Source: Podarcis vaucheri (taxonomy: Eukaryota). From it: a stretch of 64,000 bases of DNA. This document shows positions 50,101 through 64,000 of this stretch, piece after piece. The position numbers and the translations under genes are program-made. The stretch lies in NCBI GenBank assembly GCA_965113315.1, contig OZ220373.1; one strand, given 5' to 3'. The notes under the pieces are model-generated. The model ran no database searches and was not told the origin of the DNA. It worked only from the letters and a program-made list of their open reading frames with translations. Within the stretch, counting starts at the first letter, position 1. Every line of letters begins with the position of its first letter.

Positions 50101-50618
50101 CAAACATAATTTACTACTTCAGCAAGCGAATGCTAGATGTAACCATCATGCTACATGAAAATTGCTTACTGAAGCTGAAGGCGAGTATGTCCCCCAGCTA
50201 ATTCTTGAAAGGAAGTTATGGTTGGATCCAGACTCTGTCTCTGCAGGTGAACAGTGCGGGAAGTGGTTTTGGGGCCTGCAGGTGGAGAAAGAATTATCTA
50301 AAGTCCCCACGTCCTGTCCCCCCCCCCCAACGCCAGTGGGATCGCTTCACTGGATGAAATTCCTTCTGTGGATAGAATGGAACTTTTTATCCATGGAAGG
50401 CAAGGTCTGGATCCAGCCCAATATGAGTTTAAAATCAGTTCCTCTCAAGCTAAGTTTTAAAGCTACAAAAAAGTTCATGTGGCAGGAAAAAACAATAAGA
50501 AAAAAAGAACAGTCTGATTAGTTGTATTAATTATAGGAGTGATAAGGAGGAGTTGAGGAATTTAATGTATTGGAGATCATTGCATGAGTGACTGAAATGC
50601 TTTCCTCTCTCTTTATAG

Positions 50619-50753
<135 letters not shown>

Positions 50754-51471
50754 TAAGTAAAAGCTGGATTTTCTTTATACTGCAAGCTACAACTACTGTC
50801 AGTGAGACACGTATGCAAGGAAGTTTAGGATAGTCAGATTATAAATCAACTGGATTTTGATTTCATCAAACACATAATCTCTTCAGTGCATGTGAGCTCA
50901 CCCTGTTGCTGGCGTGTTGCTTTTGTTTTATAATACTACAGGCTTTATTCAAATGATAAGGTAAATTTTGATGCAGGAGTGGTAAATCTATGGCTTGGAT
51001 CCGGTCCACCAGGCTACTTCAAGTACCAGCAAAATTGTGTATCTGTTTACTTTGGAAACGTGCCTTTTCTCCCTCTGGTCCAGCACCAGTTTTAGGAGGT
51101 TTTAGTTTTCAGAAAGCAGGAACGTGTGCTCCATTCTGTTTCCTGAGCAAAACAACTTCTAGCAGTGGTGCTGTAACAGAGGGACAAAAAGTTCTTTTCC
51201 AGAGTAAGCATAGGCTGTTCTAAGCGTTGAGCTGAGAAGAGAAGTCTTCCCTTCTTTGCCGTGTGCTGCAATTGGGAGGAAAACTGCTGTCTCTGGGACC
51301 ATTGGTGATATCAGGGAGGGGTTCTAATTTGGGACACAGAGGAAGAGTTCTACTTCTCTCTCTCTTTCTGTCTCTCTCATCTCTCTCTTGGGCAGGGGGG
51401 GACAATGAATGTGTGATGTGCTGGCATGCATCCCTCAGAGAATTGCCTAACCGTGAATGCGACCCTAAGGC

Positions 51472-51512
<41 letters not shown>

Positions 51513-51943
51513 TTATTATTTATACCCCACCCATCTGGCTGGGTTTCCCCAGCCACTCTGGGTGGCTTCCAATAAAACACTAAAATACAATAACCTATTA
51601 AACATTAAAAACTTCCCTGAACAGGGCTGCCTTCAGATGACTTCTAAATGTCAGGTAGTTGTTTATCTCTTTGACATCTGGTGGGAGGGTGTTCCACAGG
51701 GTAGGTGCCACTACCGAGAAGGCCCTCTGCCTGCTTCCCTGTAGCTTCACTTCTTGCAATGAGGGAACCGCCAGAATGAGGGAACCGCTGGACCTCAGTG
51801 TCCAGGCAGAACGATGGGGGTGGAGACGCTCCTTCAGGTATACTGGAGCGAGCCCATTTAGGGCTTTAAAGGTCAGTACCAACACTTTGAATTGTGCTCG
51901 GAAACGTACTGGGAGCCAGTGTAGTTCTTTCAAGACCGGTGAA
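51472..51943 (-). mobile_element. 5'-truncated L2 LINE
   Basis: ORF 51598-51957 PVLKELHWLPVRFRAQFKVL...REVFNV; same family as 36237-37146. Confidence 0.93.
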
Positions 51944-52531
51944 TGAAAGTTAGCCATCCCTACTTTAGTAGAATTACTAAGATCCCCAATATGACCTTTG
52001 CTTTCCCAGGTTTTTTTTCCTTACAAAAAGGAAAAGGGGAAAGAATTGCTTCTGGTATGGATTATACAATATTTGCAGGCCTTTGTCTCCTATGTAGAGA
52101 GTTCCTCTTGTACCTTCTCTGATGGCTTTCAGACACAAAGCTAAAACATTCATTTTCCACCAGGCTTCTGACCCAATGAGCCGAAAAGTTTCACAAATCC
52201 CTTTATTTATGTCTCTCCATTGACTGTGACCTTTTTTTATCTAGTGTTTTTAAGATAATTTGTATCTTAAAGATGTGTGCTGTCTTGGGCAGTTTGCCTT
52301 TAAATGGAAAGATGGGATATAGATCTTTTAATAAACAAAATATTTCTTTTAGTTACTAGTAAGATCAGCTGGAGTCAATTACAGTTCATTCTATATTTAG
52401 GGAATGCGTTTATAATTTGTTCCCTTTGTATCTAAAAAGTACAGGGAGTTGCTGAGTTCTCAACTATCCAACTACAGGACAGAATTTATGATACAGTGAT
52501 GGGTTTTTTGTTATGTGATTATTTTCTTTAG

Positions 52532-52678
<147 letters not shown>

Positions 52679-52722
52679 TAAACAGGGACAAAGGGTTTCA
52701 CTTTTAAACATTTCCTTTAAAG

Positions 52723-53044
52723 CAGGGGTCAGCAAACTTTTTCAGCAGGGGGCCGGTCCACTGTCCCTCAGACCTTGTGGGGGGCTGGACTATATTTTGA
52801 AAAATATATATGAATGAATTACTATGCCCCACAAATAACCCAGAGATGCATTTTAAATAAAAGGACACATTCTACTCATGTAAAAACACCAGGCAGGCCC
52901 CACAAATAACCCAGAGATGCATTTTAAATAAAAGGACACATTCTACTCATGTAAAAACACGCTGATTCCCAGACTCTCCATGGGCCAGATTTAGAAGGCG
53001 ATTGGGCCGGATCCGGCCCCCAGGCCTTAGTTTGCCTACCCATG
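52723..53044. mobile_element. hAT-Charlie-like MITE with internal 64-bp duplication
   Basis: CAGGGGTCAGCAAACT ... AGTTTGCCTACCCATG; TSD CTTTAAAG/ATTTAAAG. Confidence 0.9.
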
Positions 53045-53851
53045 ATTTAAAGAGACATTCCTCCATGGTATTGGTTTAGAACAAAAGTAGGTGATGTTAA
53101 CAAACAGAATACCAAAGCATGGTCGCATCTTGGCTTCTCTAAACTAAATTGTGGCTGGGAAAAACCACAGTTCCCTCACTTTGGAAATTGTGGGGAACTG
53201 TGGTTAGTTCTAAAACGGAAGGTTTCAAACTATTTGCATGTGGGACGGGAGGGGAAGCATAATTGGGCACGCTTTCCTTCAATGCTAAATGAAGGTTGAA
53301 TGTAAATGGAATTTACAATTAAAAGGCTGAAAGACGGAAGAAGTTCATGCTGTCCATATGTTTGCATTCGTGAAGGCTCTTCCTTGCTCAGTAAAACATA
53401 TGGACTGCTCTCACTTATACCCCCCTGCCAAGATAAGGCTTTCTGATTCAGTGGAGTCTTCTGTTAACAGAAGTAGGGAAGGAGGTATTTTCCCTGATTT
53501 TCCCCTATGCCTTACTACATGTATTCTAAAGGGTTGGGGGAACTATATGAGAACAGTTGGTAATTGGCAAGGAGGGCTGCAAGCGAGAGGGTGGAATTTG
53601 TAAAAAATACATTTCCCTACCCACCACTTCTTAGCTCTTTGAAGCCTCTGCTGGAGGAACACAATTGGATGCAACACTATGTGATTTGCCTCTGTGGATT
53701 CTTTTGGCATAAAATGACAGGGACAAGCATTCTGTGCGAGAAGTTGGCCAGTTAAATAAGTATAAGAACTTGAAGGAGGTTCTACCTCCTTCTACCTCTA
53801 CCTACCATTCTACCTCTGAGCCACTGATGTCGACCTAGTAGGTCAAACTAG

Positions 53852-54151
<300 letters not shown>

Positions 54152-54245
54152 TAATTAAACGCTGTGTGGACAGTCTTGCAGTGAACATATTGAAACTGAC
54201 TTTCCTAGCATCAAGTCTCTTATGACTGGAAGGGTCTGTCTAAGC

Positions 54246-54370
54246 CAGGGTTTCCTCAAACTCTTTTTGGACTACAATTCCCATCATCCCTGACCACTGG
54301 TCCTGCTAGCTAGGGATGATGGGAGTTGTAGTCCAGAAAACCAGCTGGAGCCTCAAGTTTTGGAAACTCC
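54246..54370. mobile_element. Palindromic hAT (Charlie-like) MITE
   Basis: CAGGGTTTCCTCAAACT...GGACTACAATTCCCATCATCCCT/AGGGATGATGGGAGTTGTAGTCC...AGTTTTGGAAAC. Confidence 0.75.
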
Positions 54371-54534
54371 AATCGCAGCGCTCAGGTGTGGCTTGCCCCA
54401 ACCCATTCTACCTTAAATTGTTTAACTGCAGATGCTGAGGATCATACGTGAGACCTCCATGTATTCACCAAGAGCTGTGTAAAACTGGGATTCTGATCCT
54501 CAAGGTTGCCCTCTAGTTCTTCCTTTTTCTCTGA

Positions 54535-54795
<261 letters not shown>

Positions 54796-55880
54796 TAAAA
54801 TCTAGCAAGTCTCTAAAAATCCTGGAAAAGCTTCAGCATGCGTTGTTGCCATCCCTGTGGGAGTGTGTCGCTAAATTCCCCTGGACACAATTTAATCGCT
54901 CATCCTCTCTGTTTCAGTTACAAAGCAATTCATAAAAACCAGGCTCTAAAAGAATGGCTGTGTTTAGGCAGTTGTGATGTCTTGTGACACTTCAGATCTG
55001 AAAAAAGGAAGATTCTGGAATGAACATACTCTCTTGTGAGATGTTATTTGAAAATCACTCCTGTTGAAAATAAGTATTCTTTATCATATGTGCAAAGTAA
55101 GAAATCTGCCAAGTGTAATACATGCAGGCAGGCGTGGTGAGAATAAAGGATAGAAACACATCCTGAAATGAAGGGTAGCATACATGAGAAATGCACTTAG
55201 ATGAAGAAGTAATTAAACTTTATTCTAATAAGCCTTTCTGAGGTGTAACAATGAGTTCTGAATTTTCAAGATTAAAAAATCAGCCTCTCTTTCATGGTAA
55301 TCTAATGTTAGTATGAACTTGGGTCTGCGATAATTAGCCTGTTTTATAGGTTAGATTAAGTTATAGATGGGTAGCATGATTTAAAAAGGTCACTCCAATT
55401 AATCAGGCCATAGAGGAGCTGTTGTTTTAGAAAACCCACCTTATTCTTAATAGGGGAGCTCTTTGCAAAAACATATCGGAAGAGGCATTCTAATGGTGTG
55501 CGAAAGGGAAGGCATATAGCAGGACAGTGTCCGCGATGACTTTTGCAGTCATCTAAAATAATGTGCCTTTTTCTTCACAGTTGTTTTTCGTGTGCAAAGG
55601 TATGCAGATTTAATAGATTAAATTCCAAATGATGAATTGATTAAGATTTCTTTAATCAGAGCGCAATTCTAATTGTAGATCGCAGTGTTCTGCCTCCCAC
55701 TTTCCCTAACCAGCACCTCTCTTTTAAAGTGTGGTGGGGGTGATATTTGTGTGTGTGTTTCAGGTTTACCTATAACCCTCTGGAGTAGATTGGGCAAGGG
55801 GGTTGTGTTGGGAGGGGAAAGGAAATCCTCTTGCACAGGCAGAAGTCCTTGTGCTAATGGGATGACTTCATTGGGTACAC

Positions 55881-56109
55881 TAGAGATAGGAAGGCCTGGG
55901 GGAAAACTGGGAAAATTGGGGGGGGGGCAGGTTTTTCCCAGTTTTTCCCAATGCAGTTTTTTCCCCAGAAAAAACCCCCAAAACCCCACACCCCCAACAA
56001 TTTGATATAGTTTGAATATTCCACACACTTCTTTCCCAATTTTGGCTATGGAAAAAATCTGCCCCCCCCCATTTTTTTTCTGGGGTTTTTCCAGGCCTTC
56101 CCATCTCTA
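55881..56109. mobile_element. hAT (Ac-like) MITE
   Basis: TIR TAGAGATAGGAAGGCCTGG / CCAGGCCTTCCCATCTCTA; flanked by GGTACA on both sides. Confidence 0.75.
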
Positions 56110-56282
56110 GGTACAATCAAATATGTCCACTCTGAGTATTACAATATTGTTTGTTGTGATTTTACTAAATCTTCAAAATAATCCCACAAGCATGGCTAGC
56201 CCAGAAATATTTTTACTAGTGTACATGCCAATATTGGTAACCTGCAGCATCATAGAAAGGAAGAAGCCCCAGTTCGTGAATA

Positions 56283-56522
56283 CCGTATTTTTCGCTCTAC
56301 AAGACGCACTTTCCCCCTCCTAAAAAGTAAGGGGAAATGTGTTTGCGTCTTATGGAGCGAATGCAGGCTGCGCAGCTTTCGCTTAAGCTAGGAGAGCAAG
56401 AGGGATCGGTGTGCACCGATCCCTCTTGCTCTCCTGGCTTCAGGGATAGCTGCCCAAAGCCTCCTTCTCTAAAACTAGGTGCGTCTTATGGCCAGGTGCG
56501 TCTTATAGAGCGAAAAATACGG
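56283..56522. mobile_element. Tc2/pogo-like MITE
   Basis: TA-CCGTATTTTTCGCTCTACAAGACGCAC ... GTGCGTCTTATAGAGCGAAAAATACGG-TA. Confidence 0.9.
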
Positions 56523-56630
56523 TAATTTCCCAGATTTGTCACCAATATGTGATCCTTGCTGTAGACAACCAGGCAGGGGCCGTTTCCAAACATGGTTTTG
56601 TAAGGGGTAGCTTAACTGAAAAGCATTTAG

Positions 56631-56954
<324 letters not shown>

Positions 56955-57400
56955 TGAGCAATCGTTAATAGTGTGCCTTGAAATGTAGTGTTGAAGCATT
57001 TTATTTGCTCTGCTGATGTTTGAAGAGGGCATTGCGATGTAGTGGCTCTTCTGGCTTAGGGGTGTCTTCCTGCATCTGTTAAAATAGTTAAACAAACACA
57101 GGCACTTACTTTCAAAATCAAATGATAGATGTGAGTGCTTTTGGTCCTACTTCTGAATTATGTTACTGTGCTCTAGAATGTGGAAGATCTAAACGTTGCA
57201 TTTACAAATGCAGAGTGTTGGAGTGCAGTTGGCAACTGCTGGTAAAACCACCCAAAGATTCCCTAAATGGACCATAAAACGGTCTACTATGGGTGTGTGT
57301 TTCGCTGAATGGATGTGACAACAGTTTGTTTTGCATTATCAGTAGTAATTATCATGGGCCTGCCGCTATGTAGCTCTTTTTCTAATACTGAAATCCTTAA

Positions 57401-57688
<288 letters not shown>

Positions 57689-57698
57689 TGAATGCTTG

Positions 57699-59007
57699 TG
57701 TGACGGACAGCAGAGCCAGACCAGAGTCTGGTGGCGCAGCCTCCCCCCCCCCCATTACACCAGAGCGCTGTAACCCATTGCTGATTGGCTACAAAGTCAG
57801 CGAGTCACAGAAGGGGGAGGAGCAGCACTTAGGGAGGGAGGATAAAAAGGGGAAGTTTTTGAGGGAGAGAGTTAGATAGGGCTACGGTTCAGGTTAAGAG
57901 AGAGGGCTCGATTTGAGATGAGAGATAGGGAGTAGGATAGGATTTGACTGAGGCAGAACTGGTTCTGGGTTAAGTTAAGCATCTACTATCCATTGTGAGA
58001 GGACAGAGCCTCTCAGCTTAGAAAGGGAGACCAGGTTATACTGGGAAGGTTATACAGACTGGAGTGTCCTGGGAGGGCTGAGACTGAGCCAGGAGAGGTA
58101 GAACCTGTGGGAATTCAGGCTACCAGGGTCTCATACTAGCCAGGAGGGGAGAGTTCTTCTAGGTACAGAAGACTCCCAAGTCACTAACAAGGGGTTAGGG
58201 GTGAGGTCATCCCCTGGGTCTGTTATACCATTTGGAAAAGCTCAGGAGTTGGATGGCATAGAGCAGGGGTCAGCAAACTTTTTCAGCAGGGGACTGGTTC
58301 ACTGTCCCTCAGACCTTGTGGAGGGCCGAACTATATTTTTTGGGGGAAATCAACGAATTCCTATGCCCCACAAATAACCCAGAGATGCATTTTAAATAAA
58401 AGCACACATTCTGCTCATATAAAAACACGCTGATTCTTGGACCATCCGCCGGCCGGATTTAGAAGGCGATTGGACCGGATCTGGCCCCCGGGCCTTAGTT
58501 TGCCTACCCATGGCATAGAGAGTGGGTAACTTGAGGAAAAGTGTCCCTTGCTCATGAACCAAGGTATTAATTGGCAAAGGAAGCTGTATGGTGTTAAAAG
58601 TATTTAACTGTCAGTATTAGAAACTGAAGTGTAGCCACTGATTTTGAGAGGTTAAGAGAAGCTGTCACTGTAACACTGTGTTTGGGCCTAAGACTTCTTA
58701 TAGTTACCGTAGTTAAAGCAAATAAGTTAACTTCTACCTGAAAGAACGCATTTCCTGACTCAGTTTATTTCAAAAACTTCTTTTTGTTTAATGAAACTTT
58801 TGTTGTTTGTTTGGTCATTTTCTGCCTGAGACTCTAATCACTTAAGTATTCCCTCACACAAGATCCCCCACAAGATAAACTGTGGTAAATTGTAGAAATT
58901 TGTGTAATTGGTGTGCAGTTAGGTGTGTGCACTAAAATTAATTGGGGGCAGTTAGCGGGGTGAGTCCACTGCACTATGAATTGGTGGTAAGCGGTGGACC
59001 CGCTACA
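57699..59007 (+). mobile_element. Long solo LTR (about 1.05 kb without the nested MITE)
   Basis: TGTGAC...GCTACA termini; 5-bp TSD GCTTG/GCCTG (one mismatch); CTGATTGG 57781 and TATA-like GATAAAA 57841. Confidence 0.78.
58264..58512. mobile_element. hAT-Charlie-like MITE nested in the LTR
   Basis: Same family as 52723-53044; perfect 8-bp TSD GCATAGAG. Confidence 0.92.
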
Positions 59008-59328
59008 GCCTGCTTGGATTATGGCCTCTTGTATTATGGTTAATATAGAATTGGTATTTTTAAATTACAGAACTGTTATTGCCTTTGCTCTGGTTCATGT
59101 GATGGCTTTTTGTGTTGGTAAATGCTTGCGGGCATTCTAGGTGAACGCTTCTTAAAACTCGTTTAGAAAGTTATATAAATAGTTCAAGGTAACCGAGAGC
59201 ATCCATTGTGTTGCGTGATCCTTTGAAATGCTGTGCGTAGGTAGAAAATCGTAGAATTTGACATAGGTGTTTATCCTTCAACACTGCTGAGCTTCCACGG
59301 TTTTTCCCATTCAGCCTCTGCAGGTATA

Positions 59329-59655
59329 TAGAATCATAGAACTGTAGAGTTGGAAGGGTTCCAATGGTCATCTATCCCAACCCTGTGCAATGCAGGAATC
59401 TCAACTAGATTATACATGATAGGTGGCCATCCAATCTCTCTGTAAAAACCTCCAAGGAAGGAGAACCCACTACCTTTTGTGGGAGTATGTTCCACGGTCA
59501 AACAGCTCTTGCTGTCAGAAAGTTCTTTCTGATGTTTAGCTGGAATCTCCTTTATTGTAACTTAGATCCATTGGTTCAGGTCCTACCCTCTGGAGCAGGA
59601 GAAAACAAGCATGCTCCATTTTCCATGTTGACAGCCTTTTAGATGTTTGAAGATG
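59329..59655 (-). mobile_element. CR1 LINE 3' end
   Basis: TAGAATCATAGAACTGTAGAGTTGGAAGGG tail plus ORF2 end (AGAAAGTTCTTTCTGATGTTTAGC...CCCTCTGGAGCAGGAGAAAACAAG). Confidence 0.9.
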
Positions 59656-60088
59656 AGATATTTTGAAAACAAAGCAAGAGAATAGGAGCTTCTTGGGCAT
59701 ATGATGGAAACTCAGGGGCGGTAGCTCAGTTGGTCTCCAGGTTCAATCCCCAGCCTGGCAAAGACTCCTGGAAAGCTCACTGGAAAGTGAGTCAGAACTA
59801 AGCATAGAATCGTGCTTGAATTGTAATGGCGGACATTGCTGTTTTCTCTTCGGCTGTTTCCACTTTGGCTTAAGCCAGTGCGCAATGCAAAGGCTTTTAA
59901 ACATAGGTGGTTTGGGTTTCAACTGTACAGTATTTGGGATTCACGTGCATCTCTCTCCTGCTCAAACATTCATGGGGTTCCCATGATATCCAGCTTCTTG
60001 CATCCGATGGCTTACTGACTAAATAAAAGACAAGTACATTGTTTTTAAGATCCAATGGATTTGCAACTAAAAGATCTGTGCCAATTGA

Positions 60089-60343
<255 letters not shown>

Positions 60344-60832
60344 TAGCAATGTAGAAGGTAGCTCAGCAGCTCCATCCAATTTTAAATTTTGGAAAGGTTA
60401 TTACTTGTGCATTATCCTGCCAAATAAATCTACTTCGGGAAACATATATGCAAAGCTGCAGTGAATTAGGGGTTATTTGGCTATGGAATGCATTATAAAA
60501 GGGGAAATGGCTGACTTGTCCCATTTTGTTGCCTTTCTGCTTTTATTATAGAAGATAAATCATTCGTTAGTAACTTTGGATAGGTTTCTTTGGATAGTTC
60601 TGTCACCCAAACCCCCTGCACAAGGGCTTCTGCTTATGCAATGGGACTTCCTCCTGTGCTCCCCAGTTTGCCCCTGTTCCCTCCAAAATTGGCTCTGAAG
60701 GAATTGTAATACTAACTCAAGAGTTTTGAGCAAGCACAAAATTGCCTAGAGCTCATTCTTCATAGTGTAGTTTACAAAGTATGCTGCCTTGCAAGAAAAT
60801 CATGGGAAGTGCATTGCTGAACATCTAGCCCA

Positions 60833-60909
60833 TACTGAGCCAAAACTTCATAAGAGAAGGAAAGTTAGCTACTCTAACTTTCCTTCTCTTGTGAAGTTTT
60901 GGCTCAGTA
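60833..60909. repeat. Near-perfect inverted repeat (36-bp arms, 5-nt loop)
   Basis: TACTGAGCCAAAACTTCATAAGAGAAGGAAAGTTAG-CTACT-CTAACTTTCCTTCTCTTGTGAAGTTTTGGCTCAGTA. Confidence 0.92.
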
Positions 60910-61013
60910 CGGCCTAGCTGCTCCTATTCCATTAACTTCAATATACCTTTGTAATGTTTTGAATGCATTTTAACTACAGCCAGTTCGCCCCTCGCCCCTT
61001 TATATCTTCTTAA

Positions 61014-61298
<285 letters not shown>

Positions 61299-62221
61299 TG
61301 AGGGAGGCCCTGTGTATTGCAAGGAATCCATAAGATGGTGGTCACAAAGGACTTGGCAGCATCCCAGCTACATCATTCGCCTTTGGCTTCGGGTGAAGTG
61401 ACTGAAGAGGAGACAGAATCAGCCTGGGACCATCTGGGCTTGCTGTCCTCCTTGTCCTTGGCTTGTGCTTCCTTTGCAGTAGCAGAATGTGTGGTGGCCG
61501 GCTGCCATGGCCAGACTCCTTGGCCAGCTGCAGCTCTGAGGAGGAGATTTGAAAAGTGGCCTGAGGTGGTTGTGGGGCTCTGAACGTCTGCCCAGAGCTC
61601 CACCGATAACAGCATCACTGATTGCCATTCATTGATGTGGGATGAAATGAAGGGGCACATAGCCCTCTGTGCATGGTAGCAGTCATAAATCCCTATCTGG
61701 ATGTGTGTGGAGGAATGTTTTCTAGGAACAAAGGAGGCTGCCATATACTCAGTCAGACCATTGATCCAGTGTTGCCTACACCGTCTTTGGCTATGCTTGT
61801 GGTTAGTGGGGAGAGAGATTAACCATGAGTCTGGGTACAGATAGCATACTTACCCAAACTTTGGCTTAGCCCAGTGTGGCATGTGAATTCTTCTCCAGCA
61901 GCCTGCATGTTCTCACTTTTGTTTGGCTCCATCTTTTGTACCTTGCTTTCCAAGGCTCAAGGCAGCTTCTAACAGGAAATAAACCATAAAAGCAATCAAA
62001 GAAGCAGCAAAACAAATTTTAAAAATGCAGTACGAAAAGTGTATCCAGCATCAATTGTTAACTTGACAGTTACACCAAGCACTGAAATGACTAGTAAACA
62101 GGCGATAACTGAACATTCTTGTCTGATGGATTAAAGATTTGGAGTATCCCTGAAATGGTGAAATGAAAAACTTCTACTAAGGTTTTGAGAAGTTAGAGAG
62201 TTCAGTACTCAGCTCGTGTTT

Positions 62222-62607
62222 TAGGGTTGCTGCATTTCAAAGAGCAAAAAAGAGGACACATTTGCTGACTTCTACTTTTAACTGTGGATCACTATGACGA
62301 CTCAACCAATTACAGTCATACCTCGGGTTGAAGTTGCTTCAGGTTAAGCCTTTTCGGGTTGCACTCTGCGACGACCCAGAAGTATTGGAGTGCATTACTT
62401 CTGGGTTTCACCACTTGTGCATGCGCAGACGCTCAAAATGACGTCACGCGCATGCGCGGAAGTGGCAAATCGCGACCCGCGCAGACACGCAGATTGCATT
62501 TGCTTTAGGATGCGAACGGGGCTCTGGAACGGATCCCGTTCGCATCCAGAGGTATCACTGTAAAAAGAGGATGTGTCCTGGAAAAAGAGGACATATGGCA
62601 ATACTTA
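62222..62607. mobile_element. Degenerate hAT (Blackjack-like) MITE hosting a nested MITE
   Basis: TAGGGTTGC...AAGAGGACA repeats...ATGGCAATACTTA. Confidence 0.55.
62313..62560. mobile_element. pogo/Tigger-like MITE (nested)
   Basis: TA-CAGTCATACCTCGGGTTG ... CATCCAGAGGTATCACTG-TA. Confidence 0.85.
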
Positions 62608-63784
62608 ATGTTTCTACACTGAAACGGTTGATGCTGTAAGCATGGGCCTCTAAATTATGTACTAGGTGCTTTCACACCCAGTCTGTCTTCCCACTACCAC
62701 CCTGTGGTTAAAGTGTTTTACTTGATATATGGTTTTTCACTTGAAAGTGAAAACTTTCAAGTATGGAAAGTGATATTCCAGCTGCATCTGTCCCTTTTGA
62801 GAAGTACTTTGTGATAGCGATTGAAGCCAGGATCTGAGAGTGAGTCCTACATATGGCTTGCAACTGTTATTGTTCCTTAGTTCACAAGGAAAACCATTGC
62901 AGAAGGAGGTCTGTATGTAGGGATCACAGCTTCATGAAAAATGCATTCCAAGTGAGCCACTAGGGATCAGCTTTGCCACTTTCCTTGCAGTGGGGGATTT
63001 GTCTTGCTACTGTGGTGTAGAAATTTCTCATCTCTTTTTTTTGAGGGGGTGGAATTGGGCAAGAGAAACTTCCCTTAATGGCTTTGGCTTTTGGCTACAG
63101 TAAAGGAGCAGTTGTAGATGGGAGTAGATGGAGGATCCTAATAGCTAGTTTTATGGGCAGTTTTAAAGTGAGAAAACTGTTCATAAATATTACAAATTAT
63201 ATATAAATATATTTTGCTGGAAATTGACTTCATGGCACAATGTCGTGCAACTCCAAAAGGCAAAATCCCAGGCAAAATCTTTACAGTGTTCTAAATAAGG
63301 TTTCCTAACATGAGAGAGTAAAAATACAGAAGATGAGAAGATAAAACTGGAAAGTGATTTGATATGCTGCCGTAGGCAAGCTTTTTATTAGTAAGGCAGC
63401 TTGTAGATGATATATTAAGATTAAAAAAGTTACTTGTTTTAAAGTATTATAGGAAGTTTTATATACTTTAGAATGCACCAAGCAAATTCCCTGTCTCATT
63501 CCCCGCACCCCTCTACCCTTGTTTATTATCCCACATTCCACTGACTGCTGGCTGTTTATTGTAGTTCCGCCTTGAATTTCTACTATCAGATAGTGACATG
63601 GACCTTGCCTGTTAAACATTTTAATTATTATTTTTCCAAACAATAGATATTTTCCCTCCCCAAGCCAGTACCTTTTTTCGCTAAGCTGGAAATTCAAGGG
63701 CAGTCCTGCACAGAATGCATTACAGCTTGAATTTCCAGCTTCAAGTGGCACAGAACCTGATCTGGTTTATTCAGACGGAACCAC

Positions 63785-64000
63785 AGTACATCAGTTCTGC
63801 CTATGACCACATTATGGTGTTGATGCTTACCTTTTAAGCCTAAATGGTGTGAGGTCTAGATACCTGAAGGAGTGACGTCTCCCCTATTGATCTTCCTCAG
63901 CGTTAAGATTATCAGAGGCAACGCTTCTCCATGATTCATCTATTGACACTATGCATGTACCAAACAGAGGGCCTTCTCTGTAGTGGCACACCAACTTTGG
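63785..64000 (+). mobile_element. Old L2 LINE fragment, cut by window end
   Basis: GGTGTTGATGCTTACCTTTTAAGCCTAAATGG...TACCTGAAGGAG...AGGGCCTTCTCTGTAGTGGCAC matches L2 VLTFKALNG...YLKE...RAFSVVAP. Confidence 0.75.

Noticed and set aside
56390-56435. Perfect 22-bp hairpin as a miRNA candidate
   Set aside because: It is an internal palindrome of the Tc2-like MITE, with a related hairpin in the copy near 32212-32250.

Overview
Eukaryotic genomic DNA from a squamate reptile, most likely a lacertid lizard (inferred from Sauria SINEs, a tRNA-Lys/CR1-tail SINE and CpG-rich L2 copies). Two protein-coding genes lie head to head. TXNL1 is on the minus strand: coding exons 1-7 run from 22254 down to 6698, and I did not find the last exon in the window. 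WDR7 (rabconnectin-3 beta) is on the plus strand: a probable non-coding exon 1 ends at 25249 and 13 coding exons run 43585-61229 (667 codons, continuing past the window). All these exons have GT-AG boundaries and compatible phases. The introns are dense with mobile elements: Sauria, Squam3-like and tRNA-Lys SINEs, L2 and CR1 fragments, many Tc1/mariner-type and hAT MITEs (several nested) and three unrelated solo LTRs with 5-bp TSDs. The most notable structure is a Penelope-like cassette in WDR7 intron 1 (37433-38224). It carries three complete and one truncated minimal hammerhead-ribozyme motifs, a 210-nt ribozyme-bounded tandem unit and a long inverted repeat centred on (TA)n. Other candidates are an in-frame alternative first exon of TXNL1, a solo LTR next to the TXNL1 promoter, and a solo LTR ending in a tRNA-Leu PBS-like hairpin. 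Family names come from recall of known consensus sequences, not from searches.
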